Both the position numbers and the translations under genes were made by a program. From the NCBI GenBank assembly GCA_045638125.1, contig JAZUAS010000094.1, positions 1-39,965 of the forward strand: a stretch of 39,965 nucleotides of DNA, in the 5' to 3' direction. Below the pieces are notes generated by a model. That model saw only the letters and a list, made by a program, of their open reading frames with translations, was not told the DNA's origin and did not search any database. This document shows, in pieces, positions 28,951 to 36,916 of this stretch (position 1 is the stretch's first letter; each line of letters begins with the position of its first letter). This DNA is from Eubacteriales bacterium (GTDB taxonomy: Bacteria; Bacillota; Clostridia; Oscillospirales; CAG-272).

Positions 28951-28979
28951 ATTATAACAGATTTGGAGGCTCTTTTCAA
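28951..28979 (-). promoter_or_regulatory. Sigma-A-type promoter of the LysM-CAP gene
   Basis: Minus strand: TTGAAA, 17-nt spacer, TGt-TATAAT. Confidence 0.5.
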
Positions 28980-29071
28980 ATGCAATAGTTGGTAGAGGTG
29001 GAGAATTCAGCTTATGTCAGCATTTATTAGTGAGATATGCGGCGATATATTACATAATTTGAGAAATTCAC

Positions 29072-29109
29072 AAAAATTACCGCCCTGAAGCTTAATTTCA
29101 AGGCGGTAA
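29072..29109 (-). terminator. Rho-independent terminator after dsdA
   Basis: Minus strand: TTACCGCCT - loop - AGGGCGGTAA followed by TTTTT. Confidence 0.7.
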
Positions 29110-29136
29110 GCGTTATATGAGATTACACCAAAAACA

Positions 29137-30470
29137 TCAAATGGTAATATAAGTATTAAGATACTCTCTTTTTGTTTCCTCGGGCAGAAGACTTCCTCCC
29201 GTTGCCCATGCAATATGGGTGGCATTATTGAGCTTGTTTTCATCGATTTCATGCTCGGCACAATATTCTCGCGCATTTTCGTATTTAAAAAACCCTACGA
29301 CACCCGAGAATGCCGCACATCCCGACGGCTCAACGATGATATTCTCGCTCTTATCAAGCAGACGCATATAGTCGTAAAGTCTGCCGTCCGCTACCGTAAA
29401 ATCACCCGAGAGGTGGTTTGTCATAATGCGTGTCACAAGGCTCGAAGGACTTGCGCAGGCAAGACCGTCGGCAGCGGTAAGTCCGTGTATGCCAAAATCG
29501 TGTACGTTAGCTTTTTCAAATTTTTGAGTAGCAATACCCAACAAAACCGAGGGATAAAGCGTAGGTTCGACGAAAAAGCAATGAACACAGTCGCCGTAAA
29601 TCCTTTTCAAACCGTATGAAACACCTCCGGGTGCGCCGCCGACTCCTGCAGGCAGGTAAACTATGAGAGGGTGATCCCCGTCAACCTGTATTCCCTGCTC
29701 ATCAAGTTGGTTTTTAAGTCTCTTTGCCGCCACGGCGTAACCCAAAAAGAGGTCCAATGATTTCTCGTCGTCCACAAAATGGCTTTTGGGGTCTGCATCG
29801 GAATTTTTTCTTCCTTCCGCAACTGCTCTGGAGTAATCGTCAGCATATTCTATGACCTCGACTCCGCGAGAGCGCAAAAGCTCCTTTTTCCACTGCTTTG
29901 CGTCTGCTGACATGTGAACCTTGACCTTAAATCCTAAAGCCGCGCTCATAATTCCTATCGACATCCCGAGGTTTCCCGTAGACCCGACCTGCACTGTATA
30001 TTTGCCAAAAAACTCTTTAAATTCAGCACTTGCCAACTTGGAATAGTCGTCGTTGACGGTCAAAAGCCCATTTTCAATAGCAAGAGTTTCCGCATGTTTT
30101 AAGACCTCATATATGCCTCCTCTCGCCTTGACAAGCCTGCAATTGCCAGATGGCTGTCCATTTTAAGGAAAAGTCTACCCAAAATTTGAACGTCGGCATA
30201 CTTTTCAAGCTGATCCTGCATTTTTCCAATCTCGCGCAGGGGCGATTCGATAAGACCGCCTGTCTTCTCGGTCTCCGGAAATCTTTCTCTGATAAAGGGT
30301 GCGAATCTCGCCAGTCTCTGTTCTGCGTCGGCTATGTCCTTGTGGGACACGGCAAGCTGAGAAAGTCCGTCAACCGTCTCAAAGGGCATTTTATATGGGT
30401 TTATCCACAGAGTTTCGCACTCTGAAAGTACTTCCTTTATTGATTCATCTTTTTCATAGTTGTATTTCAT
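29137..30470 (-). pseudogene. dsdA: D-serine ammonia-lyase (DsdA) interrupted by a 1-nt frameshift
   Basis: Two ORFs (30470-30099 and 30063-29137) together align along the E. coli DsdA sequence as I recall it. Frame 1 reads ...KMDSHLAIAG. The next frame reads VKARGGIYEVLKHAE...STGNLG...WATGG. Total length is 1334 nt, which is 3n-1. Confidence 0.85.
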
Positions 30471-30496
30471 ATTTCACCTCGAAAAATTGACAATTT

Positions 30497-30525
30497 ATTA
30501 TACTACTAAATCTTACGCTTGTCAA
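30497..30525 (-). promoter_or_regulatory. Sigma-A-type promoter of dsdA, embedded in a 9-bp inverted repeat
   Basis: Minus strand: TTGACA, 17-nt spacer, TATAAT. AATTGACAA (30485-30493) and TTGTCAATT (30519-30527) flank it. Confidence 0.5.
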
Positions 30526-30627
30526 TTATAAAAATCGGACATGGAAAAGCCGTTTAATAAGTTAACAAAACACCCACAATAGCAAGTCAAAAACAAAGCT
30601 CTACGTTATGATAAATTTCTTACAGCC

Positions 30628-31509
30628 CTATTTTTTGTTAATCTTTTTCGACCGTTCTCCGATGTTTTTCGGCTGATAGTTAAGCTCGTTTACTGCAATG
30701 ACCGTAACAAACGCCTTTGGGTCAGTCTTTTTAATATGATCCATCAAGAGCCTGTATTCGTTCTTGTCCACGATCACCACCGCCTCGCGGCGCACAACCT
30801 TGTCGTATGCGCCGATACTCTCGTATAAAGTCGCTCCGCTATGAAGATCGTGAAGAATATAATCGACTATCTCATCAAGCTTCGACGAGATAATGCAAAC
30901 TCTGCGCTTGATATTTAGTCCGAAAATAAATTTGTCAACCAACAGTCCGCTGAAATATGTACCCAACACACTGATAACTACGATCTTGTAGTCGCCGTTG
31001 CAATAAAATGCAGAGGTCAGCGCCACTGCGATTCCGGAAACAGAAACCGCGGTACCAAGTCCCATTTTCAGATACTTGCTCATGATCTTGGCGACTATAT
31101 CAAGTCCTCCGGAGGAGGCATTCAGCGAAAAGAGTATCGCCATAGCTATTCCCACGATGAGAATGTAGCAAATTGTATCCAAAAGCGGATCATTTGTCAA
31201 GGATTCAAAATTCGGGAAGGCAAACTCAAATACCCCAAGCGAAATAGGTACGATGATCGACGCATAGACAGTCTTTGCTCCAAATTCACGTCCTACCAGG
31301 ATAAATCCGAGAATCAGCATTATGATATTAAATATCAACGAATACACCGATATCGGTATCTGCGGCCAGAAATGATTTAAAAGCAGTGCCACCGCCGATC
31401 CGCTTCCGATAGCGATATTCAAGGGCAACATAAAAAAGTATATTGCCGCTGCCGCCAAAATTGCGCCGAAGCTTATAATTGAATACTCTTTTAAAATTCG
31501 TTTGAACAT
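30628..31509 (-). CDS. YitT-family membrane protein (C-terminal DUF2179-type domain)
   Basis: Has about 5 TM segments plus a soluble C-terminal domain typical of YitT. ATG 31509 is preceded by AAAGGAA. The ORF-track start at 31569 has no RBS. Confidence 0.8.
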   Translation of the reverse strand: MFKRILKEYSIISFGAILAAAAIYFFMLPLNIAIGSGSAVALLLNHFWPQIPISVYSLIFNIIMLILGFILVGREFGAKTVYASIIVPISLGVFEFAFPNFESLTNDPLLDTICYILIVGIAMAILFSLNASSGGLDIVAKIMSKYLKMGLGTAVSVSGIAVALTSAFYCNGDYKIVVISVLGTYFSGLLVDKFIFGLNIKRRVCIISSKLDEIVDYILHDLHSGATLYESIGAYDKVVRREAVVIVDKNEYRLLMDHIKKTDPKAFVTVIAVNELNYQPKNIGERSKKINKK

Positions 31510-31577
31510 AAAAGTTCCTTTCGATGTCAATTTGAATAAGAGGCTTGGAGCATTACCGATCCCTACCATACCTATTA

Positions 31578-31606
31578 ATTATACTCTCAAAACCGATTTA
31601 ATTCAA
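31578..31606 (-). promoter_or_regulatory. Sigma-A-type promoter of the YitT-family gene
   Basis: Minus strand: TTGAAT, 17-nt spacer, TATAAT. Confidence 0.5.
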
Positions 31607-31617
31607 GAGCTTTTCAC

Positions 31618-31645
31618 AAAAAAGCAGACAAAAGTCTGCTTTTTT
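31618..31645. terminator. Terminator after the PAP2-like gene (A- and T-tracts on both sides)
   Basis: AGCAGAC-aaaa-GTCTGCT with flanking AAAAA and TTTTT. It abuts the stop codon at 31644-31646. Confidence 0.65.
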
Positions 31646-32288
31646 ATTTTGAAATTTCATTTCCCCAAGCATAAGCCGACACGAGTGATGCACTAAGCAA
31701 CGCTCCGCCGAGAATATCACTGAACCAATGCACGCCAGAGATAAGTCGTGCCACCACCATAAATGCAGTAAAAACGATAATTGTGATCGTGACCGTCCAT
31801 TTTAATATTTTATTATTTGTCCGCTCTTTGAATTGCATTATTGCCGTGGGCATCACGCACATAACCAGCATCGTGGTTGACGAGGGGTATGACGCTTCAA
31901 GGACTCCGTCTATCAACACGGGTCTGTAATTTACAACTACAAATTCAAATAAGACGTACGCCGCTATCACAGCTACATAAAAGCCTCCGAGAACGAGAAT
32001 GCTTCGGTCTACCTTTAGAAGGCTTTTGCGCCTTATCCACTGTATAAGCCCCAAGATTGCAAAACCAAATGCAACGGCAAAGGGTAAAAGCCCCAGCCAA
32101 TCGGTTAGGGTATAGATCCACATATGTACCCCCGTCAAGTTATGCATATATCCGTTCAAGGTTGCAAATCCAACCGCTGAACCGTTAGTGCCGATCGCCT
32201 GCACGTCAACGAAGCGAACAAGCACCGTCCAGACCACAAACGCCACAAAGGCTGCGACAGATACAAATAATAATTTTCTGTTTTTCAT
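31644..32288 (-). CDS. PAP2-superfamily membrane protein with a degenerate catalytic motif set
   Basis: The C3 motif is intact: ARLISGVHWFSD (R-x5-H-x3-D). C2 reads YPSSTT instead of PSGH. C1 reads EFVVVNYRP, with no Lys at the expected position. Confidence 0.75.
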   Translation of the reverse strand: MKNRKLLFVSVAAFVAFVVWTVLVRFVDVQAIGTNGSAVGFATLNGYMHNLTGVHMWIYTLTDWLGLLPFAVAFGFAILGLIQWIRRKSLLKVDRSILVLGGFYVAVIAAYVLFEFVVVNYRPVLIDGVLEASYPSSTTMLVMCVMPTAIMQFKERTNNKILKWTVTITIIVFTAFMVVARLISGVHWFSDILGGALLSASLVSAYAWGNEISK

Positions 32289-32387
32289 AAATGATCCCTC
32301 TCTGTTACCTGTTTTAAATACAGTATACAGAGAAAGGCAAGAAAAGACAAGAAACAGGGCGTCACAAAAGCGACACTGTCCGTCACG

Positions 32388-32990
32388 TCAGCGTTTTATT
32401 ACGGTTATAACCTTTATTACAAGCAAAACGAATGCAAGGCAGGCGGGATAAGGCTGGAGACTTAAAGTAAACAACAACACCAGCACCACGCCGAGAGCTA
32501 ACGATGCCACAGTTTTGATTTTCGTCCAAACCACGGCTTGGCAATTTTGTAGGACCAAGGTTACTACGCCCAGCATCGAAAGAACAATGATAAAAGTGTA
32601 AAATATGACCGCCTGATAGGATTCTACTCCCGTCAGCTCCAAAAGCGAGACCGAATGAACTACCGTTCCCCCTCTTTGAGCAAAAAGCGGGAGAAAAATG
32701 AGCATTACCGCACTTATATCCAGCAAGCCGAAAATGAGATCTCTAAAACTCTTTTTCTTATTCTCTCCGTCGGCTTGTGCAAGCTGGATTGCCTCGTCGG
32801 TGGAAAGAAGCTCGTCTATCGTTACCGAAAAATATTTCGCTATCGCTTTGAGCGATTCGATATTCGGATACCCCCTGCCCGACTCCCACTTGGAAATGGC
32901 AGTCCTCGACACAAAAAGCACCTCTGCAAGCTCCTCTTGCGTAATTCCCTTTTGTTTTCTTAATTCCTGCAGTTTTTCATTAAATTCCAT
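32388..32990 (-). CDS. XRE-family HTH regulator fused to a four-TM C-terminal domain
   Basis: The N-terminus is KLQELRKQKGITQEELAEVLFVSRTAISKWESGRGYPNIESLKAIAKYF (HTH_3 type). Hydrophobic helices follow. The start is ATG 32990. Confidence 0.8.
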   Translation of the reverse strand: MEFNEKLQELRKQKGITQEELAEVLFVSRTAISKWESGRGYPNIESLKAIAKYFSVTIDELLSTDEAIQLAQADGENKKKSFRDLIFGLLDISAVMLIFLPLFAQRGGTVVHSVSLLELTGVESYQAVIFYTFIIVLSMLGVVTLVLQNCQAVVWTKIKTVASLALGVVLVLLFTLSLQPYPACLAFVLLVIKVITVIKR

Positions 32991-33069
32991 AACTAACTTA
33001 ATACCTTGTTTATAATCTGCGTTTTCGGAAGCAAGCATAACACTTGTCACCACTCAATTTAATATAATT

Positions 33070-33098
33070 ATTGTATCACAGTTATATCATAAATTCAA
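33070..33098 (-). promoter_or_regulatory. Sigma-A-type promoter of the XRE-TM gene
   Basis: Minus strand: TTGAAT, 17-nt spacer, TGa-TACAAT. Confidence 0.45.
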
Positions 33099-33151
33099 GT
33101 GAAGAATCGTCACACTGTAATTTTGTAACCACACATTACTCAAAATTACGT

Positions 33152-33182
33152 AAAAAGCCCAACGCTTACGCGTCAGGCTTTT
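33152..33182 (-). terminator. Terminator after the AEC transporter gene
   Basis: AAGCC..ACGC-ttac-GCGT..GGCTT, with a T-tract on the minus strand. Confidence 0.5.
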
Positions 33183-33206
33183 CAAAACCTTCAATTATTA
33201 ACGGTG

Positions 33207-34178
33207 TCAGATCCAACCCAAGGATTTTGACAACGTAATGAAAACAAACATCGTCACCACCGAGAGCAGAGTTCCCAGCGTGATGATCTCGCCAGCCAGT
33301 TCGTAGTCCGCCTCGTAATTCTGCGCCATAGCGTAGCTGGAAACGGCATTAGGCGTTGCAAAAATAGCGATAAGTATCGCCATTTCAAGCTTATCAAAGC
33401 CCAAAAGTGCCGAAAGAGAGATCATAAGGGCGGGAATGATAACAATTTTGCCAAGCACCGAAAGACCAGAAAGCTTTATGTTACGGAGCATATTGCCAAA
33501 TTTCAAGTCACCGCCTAAAACCAAAAACGCAAAGGGCGTAGCAATAGATTTGATATTAAAGAGCGTGGTGTCCACCATTTCGGGAAGCTCAAATCCTATA
33601 TAGTTTCTTATAAGCGAGAAGATAAGACCCGAAACACCGCCAATTATCAAAGGATTCTTGACAATTCCAAGCAAAGCCGACTTCAAGTTCTTGCTTTTCG
33701 AGTCGCTGAACACATAAAGAGAGATAACGGAAAGCATATTGATAACGGGAACGTAGAATGACGCCAAAACCGCCGCCAGCACCGCACCTTTTTCTCCACC
33801 GATACTAAGTCCGAGCGGAACGCCAAACAGCAAGAAATTCGAGCGGAACGTGCCTTGAATCATAACACCTATTCTATTTTTGTCCTTAATAAACAGAGGA
33901 ACAATAAGGAAAAGCACGCCGCAAAGTCCGCATGCGCAAAGGCAGGCGTAAATGATCAGCTTGCCGTTGAAAACCTCAAAAATATTTGCAGTTGCTACGT
34001 TGTAGAACAAAAGCACAGGCAAAAAGCACTTGAAGCAAAGGTTGTTTGCGACCTTTAAAAAGCTTCCATCCCACAGTTTTAGTTTGGTCAGCGCGTAACC
34101 CAACATTATCAACAAAAAGATCGGCACAACCACGTTGCAGGAAAACATTAAGTTCCCCATTAATTCTTCTATTCTCAT
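33207..34178 (-). CDS. AEC (auxin efflux carrier) family transporter
   Basis: About 10 TM segments in two halves separated by a short loop. The overall sequence is AEC-like by recollection. The exact start is uncertain. Confidence 0.8.
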   Translation of the reverse strand: MRIEELMGNLMFSCNVVVPIFLLIMLGYALTKLKLWDGSFLKVANNLCFKCFLPVLLFYNVATANIFEVFNGKLIIYACLCACGLCGVLFLIVPLFIKDKNRIGVMIQGTFRSNFLLFGVPLGLSIGGEKGAVLAAVLASFYVPVINMLSVISLYVFSDSKSKNLKSALLGIVKNPLIIGGVSGLIFSLIRNYIGFELPEMVDTTLFNIKSIATPFAFLVLGGDLKFGNMLRNIKLSGLSVLGKIVIIPALMISLSALLGFDKLEMAILIAIFATPNAVSSYAMAQNYEADYELAGEIITLGTLLSVVTMFVFITLSKSLGWI

Positions 34179-34210
34179 GAAATCACCTTCTCAATAAAAA
34201 TCAACGACAT

Positions 34211-34239
34211 ATTATAGCACAAACATATACATTTTGCAA
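34211..34239 (-). promoter_or_regulatory. Sigma-A-type promoter of the AEC gene
   Basis: Minus strand: TTGCAA, 17-nt spacer, TGc-TATAAT. Confidence 0.5.
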
Positions 34240-34324
34240 TAGAAAATTGGAAATTTTTCGACGAAAAACACTGTATTTTCTTCTAATGTAAAACAAATTA
34301 AAATCTCTCGTGAATAAAACATCC

Positions 34325-34445
34325 TAAAACAGGCTCGAACCTAACGACATACGCTCGCAAGCGAGCTTTCCGAGGTCGCAGAGCGACGCTCGCCCATAAT
34401 CCGCACAAGCGCGGAGATTGGGTGTTGGTGAAAAGCACAACGAGA
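34325..34445. other. GC-rich hairpin cluster with a tRNA T-arm-like box (candidate ncRNA or decayed tRNA/att relic)
   Basis: It is an island of GC-rich sequence in AT-rich intergenic DNA. GCTCGC (34353), GCGAGC (34361) and GCTCGC (34388) allow mutually exclusive pairings. There is a CCGC-acaagc-GCGG hairpin. The minus strand carries GTCGTTAGGTTCGAGCC. Confidence 0.3.
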
Positions 34446-34454
34446 AGGAGCCAG

Positions 34455-34488
34455 AAAAAAGGGTACCGCGTGTGCGATACCCTTTTTT
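34455..34488. terminator. Bidirectional terminator
   Basis: AAAAAA-GGGTACCGC-gtgt-GCGATACCC-TTTTTT. Confidence 0.75.
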
Positions 34489-34525
34489 CTGTGCTCATGA
34501 GATAAACTTGCAACTCTATCTGTTC

Positions 34526-35329
34526 TTATTGGTCAGCTTTAATTATCTTATATAAATGCACGATATTCAGATCTTCTTCCATATCAAGTCCGTGAGAACC
34601 GCAATTGCCGTCTATTTCGTGACACCCGTGATCCATAGCAAATCCAACCAAGGTGCTGTGTGACTTCCAATGCTCCGAAATCATCTCGCAGAACAGACCA
34701 AATGTTCTTACGTTATCTCGAAGCTGATCCAGTGCTTCAGCACTTTCTGGTCCGAACTTATGCATATACGCATCATAGTTACCGTTATATACGGCAATAA
34801 AATCATAGGTGTCCGAAATTATCAGCTCGGCGGCTTTGGCATTTACCTGCTCTATAGTATCATATATAAAATAATCCATATCTCGACTCAAGAAAATTTT
34901 CGACATACTATCCCCTGCCGTAGAAACTATAGCCGCCTTTTTTTTGCTACGTATTAAAGCGTCGAAAATCGTATCTATCACTATGATCGGCTTGACATAC
35001 GTTCGTATACCGTGAATCTCGGGCTGCACGCCTGTGTACATAGTTCCGAAACACACGGGCGTAACTGAAGGCATGACTGTACAAAACGGGACATCTATAT
35101 CCGTTTTTGCTTTTGCCTCTGCAAACATTTGAGGATATTTTTCATATATCCATTGAGCAATAGCATCGGGATTGTACATAAAAATCCTATCCGCTTTTTT
35201 ATTGCCGAGCTTTTCATTTATATATTCGCACAAGTAGGTATTCGGTGCCGCCGCACATTCGGGCGGTTCAATTCCCATAGCGTAAGACAATGCCGCACAT
35301 AATGAGTCAAGCGAATTTTGATTTATCAT
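34526..35329 (-). CDS. Alkaline-phosphatase-superfamily enzyme (NPP/phosphodiesterase-like)
   Basis: The nucleophile region is MPSVTPVCFGTMYTG. Distal metal-ligand motifs are DHGCH and GSHG. GGAGGAG lies 7 nt before ATG 35329, which is 2 nt after the upstream stop. Confidence 0.7.
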   Translation of the reverse strand: MINQNSLDSLCAALSYAMGIEPPECAAAPNTYLCEYINEKLGNKKADRIFMYNPDAIAQWIYEKYPQMFAEAKAKTDIDVPFCTVMPSVTPVCFGTMYTGVQPEIHGIRTYVKPIIVIDTIFDALIRSKKKAAIVSTAGDSMSKIFLSRDMDYFIYDTIEQVNAKAAELIISDTYDFIAVYNGNYDAYMHKFGPESAEALDQLRDNVRTFGLFCEMISEHWKSHSTLVGFAMDHGCHEIDGNCGSHGLDMEEDLNIVHLYKIIKADQ

Positions 35330-35331
35330 TT

Positions 35332-36573
35332 TTATTCTCCTCCACCGCATACAGAAGATATTTTTCTCGTCATATACTTCTCAACATCGGTTTTTATTTT
35401 CTCCGAAATATTCATAGGAACACCAAAATCGACTGAATTTGCAAAATGCTCGCTAAACTCAGCAATTATTTTCAGATCTTCCAAAAGTTGTATGTCAGAA
35501 ATCATTTCAGATCTATCATATCGCGTGTGGATCGATCCAATATTCGACGGCGCATATCGTGCAAAGGAAACTGCTGGAACGTCATAATATACGAACGAAT
35601 TAGAATCACTCGATCGTATTGCATGGCGAATTGATGCGGGAAAACCGTGTTTTGCAAAAAAGTCGGCCAAGAAATCCGTCATTTCTTCATTGACACAAGA
35701 AAACGCAACGAATTCCCCCATAACAGAGCCCAACATATCAAGATTAATATTGAGCACCGTGTTTTTTAATTCGTCTTTGTGCATACGGCAGTATTCCAAA
35801 GAACCAAGCAATCCGCGTTCTTCACTTCCGCACCATAATAACCGAATACGACGCTTATGAGGTATTGAGGAAAAATACTCGGCAAGATATAAAAGTCCGA
35901 TGCAGCCCGACATATTATCATATGCCCCCGTGGAAAGGGCTGTAGAATCATAATGTGCCGAAATAACTATAGTTTCATCAGTTTTTCCCTCAAGATCCAA
36001 TATCACGTTAGAGGATTCACCTATATATTGTGTGTGTTCAAGAATGATCTCGGCAATTTTGCCTTTCCCTTTCACAATATCAAATGCATCGTCAACGTGA
36101 ATATTAACAGCGGGAATACGATTTTCTTCTTGAATTGTAAATCGAATTTCTTTTTGGTCAATATCCCTGTCGTTAAAGTAAAGATTTCCGTTATATGTAA
36201 TAACTCCTATGGCTCCGTTTGCAACCAACTTATCATAAATGGCATACCCAAGTGCATTATCCAAAAAGACGATTTTATCCTTGCACATTTTAAGAGAAAG
36301 GTTATCCGTGCCACGAAGATAATAAAGCTCCGCTTTAACGGCTTTGTTCGCCGCGCCCCAATAACCAGTGCATGGAATATCTTTACCGTCAACAGTCAGC
36401 TTTGCGACCTTTGTATCATACATTGTCACGCCGAAGGACTCTTTTTTAGCGCAAAATCCATTTTGCTCACAAACCGACGTCAAGTATTCTGCACATCTCT
36501 TTTCTTCCTTTGAGCCGCCTGTTCTTATATAAGCTGTATCCAAAAGAATTTTATTTATTGTTTTACCATTCAT
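35332..36573 (-). CDS. M28-family metallopeptidase (aminopeptidase-like, with a PA-type insert)
   Basis: The metal-ligand pattern is HYDS, DNMSG, GSEERGLLGS, NLDM and IHTRYD. Confidence 0.85.
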   Translation of the reverse strand: MNGKTINKILLDTAYIRTGGSKEEKRCAEYLTSVCEQNGFCAKKESFGVTMYDTKVAKLTVDGKDIPCTGYWGAANKAVKAELYYLRGTDNLSLKMCKDKIVFLDNALGYAIYDKLVANGAIGVITYNGNLYFNDRDIDQKEIRFTIQEENRIPAVNIHVDDAFDIVKGKGKIAEIILEHTQYIGESSNVILDLEGKTDETIVISAHYDSTALSTGAYDNMSGCIGLLYLAEYFSSIPHKRRIRLLWCGSEERGLLGSLEYCRMHKDELKNTVLNINLDMLGSVMGEFVAFSCVNEEMTDFLADFFAKHGFPASIRHAIRSSDSNSFVYYDVPAVSFARYAPSNIGSIHTRYDRSEMISDIQLLEDLKIIAEFSEHFANSVDFGVPMNISEKIKTDVEKYMTRKISSVCGGGE

Positions 36574-36638
36574 ATCTCACACCACATTAATATCTACAAA
36601 TAATCCAATTTAAATTTATATTTTAGCCAAACAAGATG

Positions 36639-36667
36639 ATTATATCACAAATTCAGAAATTTTTCAA
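36639..36667 (-). promoter_or_regulatory. Sigma-A-type promoter of the M28/AP operon
   Basis: Minus strand: TTGAAA, 17-nt spacer, TGa-TATAAT. Confidence 0.55.
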
Positions 36668-36749
36668 GTATAAAAATAACACAAAGTAAGTTTTTAAACC
36701 AAATATATAGCAAATCCGAAGTGGGATAGCGGGTTGGACATATTTAAGA

Positions 36750-36860
36750 GTTCTTCAGGGACTCAGAACCCTCACGTGCGCTGAAATTCAACTTAAGTCA
36801 AAGTAACTTTTGCGCACGTCGAATACCGCCGCCTCGCGGGGTAACGGGTTCAGAGTCATG
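36750..36860. other. Y-shaped structured element containing a tRNA-Lys 3'-end relic
   Basis: P1 pairs 36760-36771 with 36846-36857 (12 bp, 1 mismatch). P2 pairs ACGTGCGC (36774-36781) with GCGCACGT (36812-36819). P3 is a CCGC-ctc-GCGG hairpin. The P1 strand plus its flank matches the tRNA-Lys T-arm/acceptor over about 20 nt with one indel. Confidence 0.3.
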
Positions 36861-36873
36861 AGAATACATAGAC

Positions 36874-36916
36874 AAAAAGAAAAGCAGAGTAGCGTTGCTA
36901 CTCTGCTTTTCTTTTT
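36874..36916. terminator. Bidirectional terminator downstream of tRNA-Lys
   Basis: AAAAAGAAAA-GCAGAGTAGC-gtt-GCTACTCTGC-TTTTCTTTTT. Confidence 0.8.

Noticed and set aside
29007-29276. 89-aa ORF overlapping the 3' end of dsdA and its terminator
   Set aside because: It lies out of frame within dsdA and crosses the terminator hairpin. It has no RBS.
30099-30162. Programmed ribosomal frameshift in dsdA
   Set aside because: The overlap zone (GCA GGC TTG TCA AGG) has no slippery heptamer or stimulatory structure. A simple 1-nt deletion or a sequencing error is more parsimonious.
34298-34513. 71-aa ORF in the intergenic region upstream of the AEC gene
   Set aside because: It spans a bidirectional terminator and the GC-rich hairpin cluster and has no RBS. 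It is better explained as structured non-coding DNA.
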